Shown one piece after another: positions 12,201-27,200 of a stretch of 64,000 nucleotides of DNA. Each line of letters begins with the position of its first letter. Positions within the stretch are counted from its first letter, which is position 1. Made by a program: the position numbers and the translations under genes. Source of the DNA: Euglena gracilis (Eukaryota); assembly GCA_039621445.1 (NCBI GenBank), contig CP154954.1:23882954-23946953 (forward strand), given 5' to 3'. The notes beneath the pieces were generated by a model. The model was not told where the DNA came from. It saw only the letters and a list, made by a program, of their open reading frames with translations, and searched no databases.

Positions 12201-15200
12201 AGGCCTGAAGAAGGATGCGGGGCTCAATGAGCACCAGGCGGGCAAGATCTGTGAAAATGTGGGCACGTTGACTTCTGCATGACAACAAACTTGTTGGAAA
12301 CCAATCAATGAAGCAATCTCTGATTTTCCATTTTAAAGCCTTTCTCATTTCAGGGGGAAGCAAAAATTACAGCCTGTAGTGACCGTCTGGCTTGGTGAGA
12401 GCTGCGCAACTATCTCACACCGCTGCGGGATGAACTTCATGAACCGCATGCAGATGCCGCAACGAGTGAGTACCTTCCCTGATGAACCAGTCGCCAGGCA
12501 GACACTGAAGAGGCTAGGTCCCAGTGGGAAAGCAAGAGACACAGATGCCCACTTTCCACGTGCCTTTCAAGTCTGTGCAAGAAAGGTCGCCATTTGGATT
12601 CACTGAATGCTGACGCAAAACACAGCTCGCCCGAATTCACCCAAAGTGGTGGAAGGCGAGACCGGTGGACGAGACTTGGGTGAAGGAGGCCTCCATCAAC
12701 TCGTCCATCCTCTCTGGAGGGACGGAAAAGCATTAACATGAATCACAGGTTCAGAGCACACATCCCGCCCCAAATATTAAACCCGCAGGAGGTTTCAACA
12801 AAATTTGGCCCCCTCCTTCTACGGAAGAACTGACAGGCAGAGAGCCGACGTTGTCAAACAGGGAAAATCCTTTAAAAGGTCCTTTAGAAATATTTACCAG
12901 TTTTTTTGGGGCAGGTAAATTGGTATTTTTCGGCCAGCCCAAGTGATGTACAGCTGGGATTTCGCAGAAATCGGAGAAATGTGGGCAAACTGAGGGCGTG
13001 GGACAAAATATATTTTGCCCCAGAAATTTGATTTTCTCACCCAAATACAACCCTGAAATTTGATCCCCCCCCCAAATCACAAACCCCCACCCAGGTATAA
13101 AAACGGGGGGGTTGACATTTGGGGGGGTTACATACATCAGAGCACATGCAACGATGAGAATCCCAAACGAATGCAGCCCTACACACTGGTGGGGAGGTCA
13201 GGAGGTGACAGGTAACTAAACAGAACAGTGCCAATGACATTTTGGGTGATACATTGCAGCGCACAATATGGTTGGTTCACAATTGTGCGCACAATTGTGT
13301 GTGCCATCCGCCTTTTGTTTGTAATTGTCATCACAAAAAAAAAATACGTCGCCAGGGGTGGTGGCAAAAAAAACTCGAAAAACACGACATTAAAAAATAA
13401 ACAGAAACAAAAAAATTACGAAAGTTGCATTGTCATCCTTCAGGAGCTCCCTGGGGTACACTTTACTCCTGGAGAGGACCAGAAAGGTTTCACCTCCTCC
13501 GGGAAAAACTTTCCATTTCGCACAAACGTTGTCACTGCAGAAAAGACAGAAGTTGACGAAAATTTTGGTCTCAGGGAAAAGTTGGGAGAAAAATTGCCCA
13601 TAGTCAAAATTTTTCCAACAGAAATCAAAAAATCGCATGGAAAATAAACACGAAAAACCTTGCAAAAAAAAGCGGTTGTGTTTCCTCTCCGCTGCTTTCG
13701 TCCGATGCAGGCTGGGATGTGTGATCCATATCCAGTGACTAGCTGCACCGATATCTTTTTTTTGAAAACTTTTGAAATTGATTGATTGATCAGCAGACTT
13801 ACAATTAATACTACTCAAAATGCATGATAAAATCATCTAAACAAAGTGATTGAGGGAACGTGGTATGGTAGAGTGTCGTGTGTATAAACAACTCCATGTC
13901 GATATTCTAATGACATATGACTCACATTGGGGGTTCGGAATTCATTTCGGTCTTGCAGAGTTTGATTTCGCTTGGAAAATTAAGGGACTTTTGGCAGGAA
14001 GCAAGCACCGATGCATTTCTGGAAATACTCAAACTTGGCCTTGAAGATATCCAATGCCTGCGGCACCTGATAAACAGAAAATGTGGTATGAATGATTGAG
14101 AGATGTCACACAGGACTACACCTCTTGTCTTTTCAGGTGATGAACAAATCATTCAAGGGGGGTGGAGTGAAAAGCAGGAAGCTCTTCTCCTTCCAAAACC
14201 AATAATATCCACTTCAGAGTGGTTCCATTCCAGGGAAATCGGGGTACAAAACCAACTTGATCCCAAGCTCCCCCAGGAACAGCTTCAAAAAGGGGGAAAA
14301 AGCTGGTGAACCGGCCAACCGGATGGGTGCCTGGGAGGGGGCTTTGCCGGGGGGGGGGGGGGCGAGGGACACACGATGTCGTCGATGGTGGCCACCCCCG
14401 TGGCAATGCTGGTCACCTCCCGCTCGATGTGGGCCCGCACCTTGGGCAGCACCAGCTCTGAGTCGATCTGCGGGTGGGGGGGGGCTGCGGTGCAATGACG
14501 CAGACGGGGGGCAGGCACCGCTGCCAGCCAAACGTGCTAAGTCTCCGGGTTGTTGATGGCCCTTTAATTGTGTGGGTGGCTCGTGCGCTGGGGTGCCTGT
14601 AGAAATGCCTGCAGAAGACCTTGCTCTTATGCGGTTCGTAAGGTAGCTCATGACCGCGAGGAATTTATCCCAATCTCCGTTTCTTTCTTCTTTCCCTTCT
14701 GTCTTCCTTTTTCCTTCTTTTTTTTTCCCAGCCGATGGAAACTTCGGTCCAGAAGTTCATGGCATCCAACCAGTCATGTCCTCGCAGAAATCGTTCAGCA
14801 AAGCCCAAGAACGGTGCGGACAAATCCGTGCCGGAAGCAGCGGCGCACCCGGTGGTAGCCGTGGACCAGGATGATGCCCAGCTTGGTCGGCACCACCCGC
14901 CGCCCGGCTGTGCCGTGCCAGGGGAGGGGTGGGGGAGGCAACGTGACTCGGAACGGGCACGGGCACGGGAAACCAGCACCAGGGGGGGGAGGGGGGGCAT
15001 CGTCCCGCAGCTGCCTCCCTGGCCGTCGACAGCCTTGGCACTGGACAGAAACCATGCTGCCACGGCAGCAGCATAATGACGATGGAATTTGTAGCCGACC
15101 CCCGGGGGGGTCACTTCTACAATTCCAAAAACCAGTCACTCACTTTTTTCCCGGAAAACCAGTCAGCCACCCCCCCGGGAGGGGTCGGCCATTCTGCAAT

Positions 15201-18200
15201 CCAAGGGAAATTCGACAACAAATATGAAAAAAGGCCAAAAAAGATTTTCTCCGGCACCTTTGGAGCGGGGTCATTTAGTGGTTTTTGCCAACACCCCACC
15301 GAGGGGAGGGGGTCGAGTCCAAAAACTAGTCAGTCACTCCAAAAAAAACAACCAGTCACCCACCCTGGGGAGGTAAGCAGTGACTAAGTGATTGTATGAT
15401 CATGGCACGACACACCTTTGATGCCCACGTAGTTGCGTTCACAGATGTTGTTGATGTGTGTGGGAATGCTAGCGTCCGTCCCGATGCCGTTCTGGAAAGA
15501 AATACCAAAAAAAATAAAAAAATGCACCAGGCAACAGAGATACAATTATGCTCACAAAAGGTTGGTGCAGCATTGCAAGGATTACTGTAATAAATCCTCC
15601 TGAAGAAGAGTTTCTGCACCTTTGTGTCCACCAAATTTTGTAAGGACTTGTTTTGTGAGGAGCGTTCGAAAGCCGAAAGAAAGGGGCCGGCAGCACCTTC
15701 TCCATCAGAGAGATCAGCTCGGCCTCCGTGAGGTAGTCCGGCGGCTCCGTCTTGCCCTCCCTCAGGGCCAGGCTCTGCACCTCGATTTCGTCCCCGACCT
15801 TCAGCTCCGGCAATCTGGCGTGAGTCAGTTGGCCGTCTGCCTGCGGCACTGGCCGTGTGGTTCAAACCCGATTTGGAATCAGGAATGCTGGACCCACCAC
15901 CCAAATCGGGGTTGGGGCCCTTAAACACACCCTTTAAATTTAAGCAATCGTATGAATAGAACTATATATATTTTCATTAGTGATCTGTTGTGGATGATGT
16001 CACACGTTTCTGCATGGACCACGCAGTAACGTTTGCAACACCGAAGGTGACAGGAGATACCTTTTGCTCTTAAATTTCTGATGTTTTTGCACGCAGCTTA
16101 GACATGAGAACTTGCACAGGCTCAATACAATAGGTCAAAAATTTGAAAACTTTTCCGAAAAATGGCTGATGATGGGGGGGTCAATTTTGGGCGGTCGGAT
16201 TTTCACCAACAATTCCTCGCCTTAATACCCTTGGGCTGGTCCTGTAAACTCCGGGATCTTTTAGCGGGAGTGTTGATGATGTGTGCACAATGGCTGGCAC
16301 CACCCCACACAGGTTTTTATGTTGCGTTGTTCAAAGTTGGGGTCCAATTCTTCTCACCGCAGTGTGAACCTCCTCGCCCCCTTGCCTGAGGCTGAGTTTG
16401 GATTGGACCACGGAAGGAGTCAGTCAACGGAAAAGATCTGCTACCACAGGATTGGTAACAATTTTGCACAGCCCACTACAGCGGAGCTGGCGGTGTGGGG
16501 CAGGGCCGTGCCAGTGTACGCACCATCACCCATAGTTTGGCATAGGCTGTGGGGCTGGGGGTTGGGGGTTGGGTATGAACCGCAAATTTTTCAGGTGCAC
16601 GTGTTTTTCAGTTGCCCAACTGAGGCAGGAAAGGTGAATACAAGTTACTTGGCATACAGCTGGCCTTTTTTTAAAGTGAAGACAGAAACAAAACAAAATT
16701 CTTTTTGCTAAAAAAAAACAACAAAAATCATGTGGTGTGGACCAGGCTGAATTTGACCAACCCCAGGGGAGGAATGGGGGTCTCAACGTGCCCTGGAGTG
16801 CCTGGGCAGGCAGGCAGGCAGTTGGGCACCCCCCTGGGGGGGAGATCGGGGCAGGCCGAGCCGTGGGCCAAAAAGGGCCCAAAAATGGGCTTTTCTGGGC
16901 CTCCGACCCATTCGGCGCTGGAAATGGCTGAATGGCCGGGGGCCCAGGCACTTTTGACCATGCGCCCCACCCACCCGGGGGGGGGGGGGCGGTCAGATCT
17001 TGGGGTGCCTTGGGGTGGCGGCCCAAACAGGCACCCCCTGCCCCGGGTGGGGGCGGCCTCACCTTCACATCCAGGCTGGTGGTGCCGGCATCGCGCCACA
17101 CCTCGCGTCGGAGAACGCTGCCCAGGGGGTGATCTCGATGAAGCCCAGGGAGTCCATCAGCCGCCCGACGACCTGGAAGACCTCGTCCCCGATGCGGAAC
17201 AGCGCCTTGGTGCGGGTGTACTTGCAGTCCGCGGACACGGAGGCCAGGAACTGCCGCGAGATGTAGTCGTAGAGCCTGTGAGGGGGGTAGGTTTATTTCT
17301 GGACACATATTTTTTCGTGGGGAAAAATAATTGCAAAAAAAACAAAAAACAACAAGAGCAATAGCAAAACGATTGCGATAAGTGCTACAAATGACAACAA
17401 TAATCTAACACTAACACGAACATAAAAAAAAATAATACCAATAACAAAAATAACAATGATGATAACAATGACGACGACAACGACGATGATAACAACGATA
17501 TGCCATGTTTTGGCACTTTGGCTGTGGTAAAAATTAAAACACTTCTTGTGCCTTCCTTCACAAAACGTCGAAAAGGCGAAAAGGTCCCAAATAGAGAGTT
17601 GGCCAAACGAGAACTAACAATAAAGAGGGTCCCAAGAACTAGAACGCTGATGTCGCCGGCTGTTCGACTCCTCCCCCGACCAATTTCGTTAGGAAACAAG
17701 CAGTCCATTCACCCAGACCTTCCAATGACTGTCACTACCATATTAATGATATTACGATGGGATGTGGCTGGAACAATCGGGACAGAGGAGACAGAGCCTT
17801 GCATGATACCATACGCTGTAACTTTAGAAAATTGTTGGCAAATGCGCAAAGGACCACTTACACAACAGTGGGAATGGTCCATTGTGCAACTGCGGGAACA
17901 GACGATTCCTGCAAATGCAAAAGTAATTGCTTTGCGCAATTGCACAAAAAAAAGGACACCTGCACAACTGGTATATTAAGATTGTGGATTTGCTGCAATT
18001 GTGTGAATAATTCAATTCGATACATTATTAAAAGGTGAAATTTGACAAACGGACCGCATTCTGGGTAAAGATTCGGGTTTCGGCAGTTGAGCCTGTGAGG
18101 GATTATTGTATTACCCCCAAAACATCGAAATAAATGAGAATTCAAAAGGATATTAGGATATCCCTTGAAAAACATCAGTAAACCCCCCCCCTAATAAGTG

Positions 18201-21200
18201 AACGGGTGCGCGCATTTTAAGGACGTAGTTTCGGACCCCAAGGGGTGCGCACTTATTAGGGCAGTGCACACTTTTTAGGGCAAAGCCAAAAATACTGACA
18301 TTACCCCCACTCTTTTTCAAATTTCTCCCCAATTTTATGATTTCAAGCTATGAGTCAACTGACTATGTGTCAAATGTGTCAAATTTGGGGTTGGACGATA
18401 TAAATATTTGGTCCGAGAAGGATAGTTCTGAGAAATGTGTGTGCTTTCCGACCTGAGATGTGACAGTGATTTCTCCTTTGGGGGGGTGCGCACTTTTTAG
18501 GGAGGTAATTTCGGACCCTTGGGGGGTGCGCACTTATTAGGGCACTGCGCACAATTAGGGCACTGCGCACTTATTAGGGGGGGTTTACAAAGGTGCCCAT
18601 AATTCCAGTCTGTTTGTGGAAAAAATGAGGTGCAGAGTATTGCCTGCCATGATGTATTTGCTGACTTAATAATATCCAGGGGCATATGGTACAAAACCCT
18701 GACTGACACGTTCTTTGGCAAACGTGTCAGATGTGCTGTACAAACACCTCGAATTTGTGGACGCTGTGTTTTCACTGTCGTCTTGTCTCAGTGATCCTAA
18801 TTAAAGGGCAACAAAAAATGGTGGTTAATTGTGGATCACTTGTGACATCGTGAATGAACAAATTGTCTTGTTCCTTTGCTCATTTCTCGCACAAGGACCA
18901 CTCAAAAGTACCAACAATATTCACAGGGAGGGGGTCCAGATTATGGGAATACAAGAGAGATGAGAACACGGTTTTAGAACATCAACTTTCCAGTTCCGAA
19001 AACAGACTGGCAAAGGAGGATATTGGTTGGTTTTAACATGGTTCCTTTGTGAATCAGAAAACTGTTTTTGCTGCTGTATGGGTGTCCAGAGCATCAAAAC
19101 AAGTGAGGTGATGTGGCCGACCTGCCACATCGCGTCGCTTAGCGACCCCCCCCCCCCGGGTCCAGGTTAGAGGCTGCAAAATTCAGGCTGGCTAGAAATA
19201 GACTGCCGGCTGGCCCCCCACCTCCCTCTCATTGTGGTCCCCCAAATGGAACGGGCCCGAATGGAGTCAAAGTGCCCCAAATATGCAAAAAAAGGCGGGT
19301 TATGCAAAAAATTGCCCTAGAATTTTGACCTCGCCAGCCTTTTTTGAGAATTTTTGGCGCCCCCAAACGGCCAAAGGTGCTATTTTGGGCACTTTTGGGC
19401 AAAAAAAAATGTCAAAAAAATCGGTGCAAAGCACCTGAAAGACAAATTTGACCCTTTTTGGGGGGGTCCTGAGTCCCCCCCCCCCCCCCCGAGGGTCGGT
19501 CCGGACCCCCTGGGCAGGGGGGGGGGGGTGGTCCAGACCCCCATCCGGTACAGGAAGGGGGGGGGTACACCCTTCTTATATCGAACTCTGTTCAGGCCCC
19601 GGGGGTCGAACCTCCCCCGTGCAAACACTTACAGGGACCCAGGGTCTGTTTCAGGGTTAGTTGGTTCAAGTACCTCGCAGGGCCGGGTATTGGGCAGTGA
19701 CGCTCCGGGGGCCGGGGGGCGGGGGGGCACGCCCAGGGCCCCGCGGCTGACACACCGCCAGGAGGCGCCGAGCTCGTTCTCCGTCGCGCTGCGCATCGGG
19801 GTGATGGGCGGGTGGTCGCCCACGTCCACCCCGCCCCGGGGGGCGCTGACCCCCTCCTTCAGCATCGCCCGCACGTACCCGCCGTACACTGTGGGGGCGA
19901 CACGGGGCTCCACGCACGGAGGCCCGGGCGCGCAGGGGGGTGGACAGGGTCCTTGGCCGCAAAGGGTGATGGTCAGGTGTGTTGATAGCAGAACGACAAT
20001 CAAATTGTTGATCAGGCGCAGTAAACCCCTCAAATATAAACCCCGGCTGATAAAGCCCGGCCACTTCTAAACAAATTCTCCCTCGCGGCGACCCAACAAA
20101 AAGACAGCTTTTAACCCCTTCTCGTGGTGAAGAGAAATGAAAGGCACCGGGATGGGATTGGAACACGGCGGCGGCCCCCCGCAGGTCGAACGAGGGGTGG
20201 AACTTGGTGCTCTCCGTCCGGGGGTAGGAGATGTAGCCCGCGGTGTACAGCTGCTCCGCCATCTGCCGGGAGGCACGGGCACGCCGCGATGCGGAGGGGG
20301 CATGGCCGGGTGGCTGGTTTCTTGGCCGCCAGACAAAAAAAACAGACCCGGGGGGAAACAGGGGCGAGCAAAGATGAGCTGGGTTTTGAAGCCCTGGTCA
20401 TGCACAAATAACTTCAAGAACAAGTGCGTTGACCCCAAGGTCATCGGCAACACAGAAAAAAAATGGACGGAACCAGGGCATAAATTTTTTACCAACCCCC
20501 GGGGGGGAGGGGGATCACCCCACTCTTCGAAAAACCAGTCAGTCCCTTTTTAGGGGAAACCAGTCACTCACTACCCCTCCCCCCGAGGAGGGGGGTCGGC
20601 CACTCTTAAAGCCAAATAAATTTGGCCAAAAACATGGAAAAGGCCAAAAAAAATTCCGGCGCCTTTGGCACCGGGTCACTTTAGTGGTTTTTTGCCGCCC
20701 CCCCCCCCCCGGGGGGAGGGGGTCCGGGCCAAAACCCAGTCAGTCACTCTGAAAAAAACCAGTCACCCACCCCGGGGGGGGGGGTCGGCCAGTGGTTAAA
20801 TGATTGCATGGACCAGGGAGGGGGTTGTGATGGGAGGGGGGCGACATCCCAGAGCCAGGGCTGTTTGGGAACGCCTGGTGGGGGGCGGCAACCCCCCACC
20901 ATGGCACTGCCCGAAGAAATTCCTTAGGCGCAAAAAGCAAAATTAGACCGAAAAAACTGTGCGCTGTATGGGAAGGGGTGGGGGGGGTCAGACCCTCCCA
21001 CCCACCAGGATGGGGATGGGGTGGGGGGTCGACTCCCCCACCCACCACCCAGAGGTTTGCGGGGATTCCCGCACAGCCCTGTGGACGGCTCAGAAGAACC
21101 TCAGCCCCATGATACCCGCATCGCCTCGTGGGGCCCGATGCCCAGGCGCGTGGACGCCGCCTTCAGCATCTCCACCGTGTTCATGCCCCCTGGCTTGCTC

Positions 21201-24200
21201 CTGGCGAAGGGGGGGGGGGCAGAACGGCAGAGGCATCCCTGGGCCCACACCGCACACATTTGCTGCACACTGATGATGCGCAAACTGTTGCTGCAGCACG
21301 GGTGCTACCCCGGAATCTCGTCGAGACCATTGGCATTGAAGGCGCCAGGCAAAAAGAAAAAGATCAATTGGCAACGTGGCAAACAGTAGGCCAGATAAAT
21401 ACCTGGACAACTAGGGATGGATCGATAACTAGACAAACAGCATTTTATCACTGTTATGTCCCTCGAACATGTCCAGTATCCAAAAACCTCTCCTGGTTGA
21501 TTGATTACTATTATCATTCTTAGTTATAATCTCAAACACACACACACACACATAAATATATATATTAATACATATATAAATCAAACCCATATGAAGGTAT
21601 CTTTCTCCTTGTATTCCGCCAACCAGTTTCAACACTTCTTTACACAGCACCCACCCCTATGACAAGCAAGGGAGGGGGAACACTTTGTCTCCTTCTTCTT
21701 CGTCACGTCGATCACCTTCGCTACCTTTTTATCTGCCACCATCTGAAAGCAGCGAGGAGGGGCTTGGGAAACAGCCAGGGCGAAGTCGTTCCCGAAAAAA
21801 AAAATGCACCAGACACACCCCGGCACAATGCAATACTGCCCCAGACACGCCCCCTGGCTACAACCAAGCTGGTGATCGGCTATCAATCGGAAAGCAGGTG
21901 GTTTCACTGCACCGACACTGACACATGCAGGGCCAACCTGCACCATCTGGCGACACCAGCTTGCTTGCCAATTTAACCCTGCTCACCTCCACATGAAAAA
22001 TGCAAATCAGAAAGAAGAAAAGAGGATTGACCGACTCAACAAGCACCCAGTCCAGAAGGGCAAGGCATGAGATGTCCGAGCCAAAAATCCTTTCGTCCGC
22101 TTCTGCAAACAATCCCCGACCCACCCATCGGTGGGCGGAAGACCCTTATTCGGAGACGATGGGGCTGCCGCCAGAGCACACAGCACGCCTTATGCAGGGT
22201 CTGGGCGATGGGGAGGTCGAAGATGCGCCCACGGTCCCACTCCAGGGTGAATGTGTGGCCGCCCTTGAAGCAGGTCGGCACCAGCCGCCAGAAACTCTCT
22301 GGGAGGGGGGGACCCAGGGGGAGGGGGGTCCGGACCCACCCACCTACCCCCTGACCCCCAAGGGGGCCCCACCAGGGGGGGGGGGGGGCTCGGGGACCCG
22401 CTTTTGGAGCGTAAATTTTGGGGTCCGAAAAAAAAATCTCGCTGCTTTGCGACGAAAATAGAGGAAACCCTCCCCTCTCTGTGGATTCCCTCTCTCGAGT
22501 GGGTCCCCCTCTGGCGGGGGACCCACTCGGCCGGGACCCATCCAACCCCTCAGAGGTCCAATTTAAAAAAAAATCCCTGATCCTGACCCCAACGTTCAGA
22601 GTGCACGCCAAACACTTCTGGTGCCTCAAGGCAGAGGCACACCGGGCTTGAAAGACATGATTTCGTCGTGCCGCTTTACACAGAACCCAAGGGTCGGTGT
22701 TTGGCAGGGCCCGTAGCTGATCAGCCTGTGGCCGCGACAGCCGGTGAGGGGCTCTCCAGGAATGAGTGAATACAACAGAACTGATCCCCAAAATCAGCAA
22801 CATGTACGAAATTTGAGCTGGGCGGCCAACTTTTTTGACGAACTTTTCCCACTCAACCCATTTCATCACCCACCAAAGCAAAGTTATATCATGCCGCGCA
22901 GGCGGAAATACAGGAATGAAAACTCATTCGTCGGTCTGGATGGAACCCTTGAGGTGGGTCCAGCCAGTCAGCCGTCTTTTCAGAAAAGAAAGCTGATTTT
23001 AAATCCCAATGTAAGCGACGCCTCGACCCAATCAACAGAGGGGCTGACTGTGGTGTGACCGAGGCACAAAAGAAAGGTTGTGGCCCAGGCTCAGCGAAGG
23101 CAAAAGCCATAACGCCCAACCTCATCTAGAAACAATATTTTGACACGGGCAACCACACTTCGCATCCAGCGTGTTGTACTTGCCCTGGAAATACTTCGTC
23201 TGATACCGCGTGAAGGCGACCCCAACCTTCAGGTCCAGCTCCTGGGCATCGGGGGGGGTGGGGGGGGGGGAGTGGGATGGTCTCCATCTGTTCATGCCGC
23301 CAACGCACAACCAGGGAAGTGCGGACCGAGGCCCCAAAGCAGAGGCTCCCCCAACCTGCCGGGCATCGACGGAGAGGGACTCAAGCTCGTTCGGCTTCAC
23401 CAACGCATCCATTGCCCTGTGGGGAAAGGGTCCGAGGCCTTTGCGGTCTTTGTTGGCCAAGCGTACCGCCGGGCTTCTTCTATTCATCAACCCCTGGGGT
23501 GCCTTGTGCTGTGGGGCACCTGCCGCTTGCAACAAAATGCCCACCCCAAAACTCCGGGGGTAGCAAATGCCCCTCCTCCTGCCCATAGAACCCCCTGGGA
23601 AAGTCTGGAGTCTACCTAATTGAAATGGACTGCAACAAAGAAGCGATTGCCAAGCCACAATGCAAATAAACAAAATCACTGGTCTTAAACTAGCAAGAGA
23701 CTCCAAATTGTCCAAACAATGAATCACCACCAGCAGAGACACAGGAAAGTGTCCAGTCTGAATGAAAGTGGCCAAACCGCACACATGACCGACCATCTCT
23801 TTAGATGACTGGCATGCATTAAACCACCCCCAAAGATCATGAACACAAACCCCACATGCAAACCTCTGGATGTCACTGGCGGTGATGGCAGAGAACTTGG
23901 CCCGGTAAATATTGGACATGCCCTGGTTGCCCCGGATGTTCTTCTCTACGATGGAGATGACCTGCAGGGGGGGGTGGCAACATGGACCTTCAAAAAACAC
24001 AAAAAAAAACACACACAAAAACACAAAAAGCCGCAAGTTGCATTTAAAATCTTTCAGGAGCTCCCCCCGGATGTACACTGCTGGAGAGGCTGAGGAAAAT
24101 TTTCGGCTTCGCTGGGGAAAACTTTTTTGCATAAAAAAAAAGGATTTTCTTGACGAAAAAAAAAAAGCAAAAAATTGACAAATTTTTGGTCTCGGCTGAA

Positions 24201-27200
24201 AACTAGAACCAACGAGGAAATTTTCATAATCAAAAATAAATTCCTGGGCAAAAATCCAAAAATCGCCAAAAAAAACCACAAAAAAAATGCAAAAAAGCAA
24301 ATTTTGCCAAAATTGAAGGAAAAAAAACACAAAAAAAAACATCAAAAAAATGTGTTTGTGCCCCCCCTCCTGCGACCTGCATCAGTGCTGGAGATTTTCG
24401 CTGCATATGGGGGGGGGTCGGCCATTCTCAAACAAAAAAAACCTCAGAAATGTGTATTTTTCAACTCAACTCCTTTCATCTATAAAATTAGAGCCCCAAA
24501 CTCATGGCAGCGAGCCCCCCCCCCCCCTGGATCTGACCTTAGTTTCAGAACCCTTAGTCAATGAGATTTTTGCCGAAGGATGTGCGGTATATTGGGGGGG
24601 GGTATGAAAATGTGGGGGGAAATGCAGGTTTGATTGTGTGTTTTGGGGGGAGTTCACACATGACAAAAAAGGGGGAACCCTCTCAAAAATGTTCAAATGT
24701 GCTGAGTCGAAATTGAAAACTGGTATCCCCCCCCCGGGAAACTGTCACCTGACAGGTCGGCCAGAACCGGGGACCGTGACAGCTTCCTATCATGACAGGC
24801 TGGCCGGTACCACAGACCCTGACAGTTTCCCAGTGGGAAGCCTGACAGTTTCCCGGGTCAGGCACTTCAGGGGAAAGACAATGAGAAATGACCCTGGCAG
24901 GTCGTCAGGTGTCGAGGACCCTAACTTCCTATTTTGACAGGTTGGCCGATACCCGGGACACTGACAATTTCCCGGGCAGGAACCTGACAGGTTCTCGGGC
25001 ATGACATGTCTGAGGGAGGTAGGTAAGAACATAAATAGAAGATGCAAAAACAAAACACAGAGTTGCCTAACGTAAAAAAAAAAACGGAAACAAACACAAA
25101 AAAGCCTAAATAACACATGCGTGTTTCCCCCTGAGGGTTTGGGAATACTTCGAAGCAGATGTTTTCCCCTTCTCGGTCACAATCCAGCCACAACACAAGG
25201 TAGTCGATACCCTTGGACTCTGCCTGAGGAGGAAGAGCACAAAGCCAACAGGTTTGCGCAGGGGGGGGGGTGAAAAAAAGAATACACACAACAGACGCTC
25301 CTTGGGACCTGGTACCAAGTCAGGCAGGGCTCGGGGTCCACTTGTGGAGTGCCGAAAAAAAAATGCCCCAAAAAGGGGAGGCCCTCCGCTCCAGTGTATG
25401 GATCTCCCCGGTTCACTCAGGTTTTTTTTAAAAAAACCTGATTTGCATGATCCCACATACACAGAATGAAGAAACCAATGCACCGACCTTCCCCTGTTAT
25501 CCCAGTCACAGTGATGTTCCACAGTTGTACCGTAGAGGCATCTGTTGATGACGCATATGCAGTCAGCGGGACTTTGAAAGGCACACAGTGCCTTGAGCAG
25601 GGTTGCCCTGTTGTTGTTACCTGACAAGTCAGCTGATACGGGCTTAAAGTGATAACTTCCAGGGGTGGGTCAACGTGACGGGGGTAACAACTTACTGACA
25701 TACTGACATAGCTTCTTGGGAGGGGGGGGGCGGGGGGTATGAGAAAGGGATGCCTTGAGGTGGGCCACAACGTTGGTTGAGGGGTTGGACTCGTTCTTCA
25801 GGGTCTCTGCGGAAAAGCAGGGAGAGGAAATCCTGCGATCATTCGGGAAACGGTAGTGCTGAAGAGTCAGCAGCCTGCTGGTTTACAATCCTGCCGGTTT
25901 GTGCTGAAGCGATCGAGTCCGAAATCCAAACAGTGAGGGTAGTGGTTCACTGATACTGCGCCGGGGCCTCATCCCAAGAACTGCAGATATTTTTTTAACC
26001 AAATCAGACTTGCACAGCGGATGCCTCCACCAATTTTTGTCGGGGTGAGAACTTTCAAAAAAATATGCTGAATATACTGAAGGGTAATAATAATTATGAA
26101 ATAATTGGCACGTGTGACAAAGGTGCAGGGACACACCGGCCCCGAAGAGGGTGAGCTCCTCGGTGGACGCCCAGTTCTGGTATTTCGGGTGGAAGTCGGT
26201 CCTGCGGAGATAAGAGGTGCCTGGGGATGAGAGGAACGGGGATGGGGCTTTCACAGTGACTTGGCGGGGGTGGCTTGACCCCCGTCAGGGTCCGATAGGA
26301 GGTCGGATGGAGTGGCGTAGGGAGGCCCATGGCGAAGGCGTGGGAACATAAAGGAGGGGGGGGGGAGGGGGGGAGGGGGGGGCACTCCCCAGGTGGGTTC
26401 AGACCAGAGTTCGATGTAAGGGCAGGCGGGGGGGCTCTGACCCCCCCCCGGTCAGCAGGGGGGGGGGGACACCCTCCCCCTCCTGTACAGTGACGCAGTG
26501 ACGGGTGACCGATTTTCGGTCCGGTGCAAAGTGCCGGGCCGAAAACTTTTGCCGACCAAAACCGGCCAAAAGTGCCGTTTTGGGCACTTTTTGGGGGGGG
26601 GAATGCCCAAAACGCCCAAAATTTTCGCCGCAAAACGCCGGAGGGAAAAATTTGTCCTGTTTTGGGCGGTCCTGAATTCCTCCTGGGAAGGTCCGGACTC
26701 TCGTTGGCAGGTGGGGGGAGGGGAGGGCAATGGCTGTCAGGGAAGGCCTGGTGGGGGGGGTGCCAGGAGTTAGGCCAAAAACCAGTAAGTCACTCCAAAC
26801 AAACAGCCAATCACCCCTCCCCGCCGCGTGTTCGGGAGCACCTTACGCAATGGTGTGGTCCAGACCCGCCCATGGTCAACAAGGGAGGGCGAACCCTGAC
26901 CTCCAACCCTGCACACCCTCCTTCCATCCCTGCCGCCGATCCCACCAACCCATAACGTTTCCAGGAATCCTGTACATTGGGACAGAATGGGGCCAAGCGT
27001 GGGGGAGGCAGTGTTCACCATCAGCCGAGGGGTGGTCCGCCGCTGCCGCCGGCACAGAGGGGGGGGGTGGGGGGCGTACGAGAAAACGTGGCCCACGACG
27101 CACGTCATCTTGAACCACGCCGGCGACCCCTTGAAAGTCCCTGGCACGGGGAGGGAGTCGGCAGAAGGGAGCCGAAGATGGCACAGGAACCACCGGATTT

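Noticed and set aside
23122-24345. 407-aa ORF as a single-exon gene
   Set aside because: Chance read-through of three in-frame TOP3B exons and their introns.
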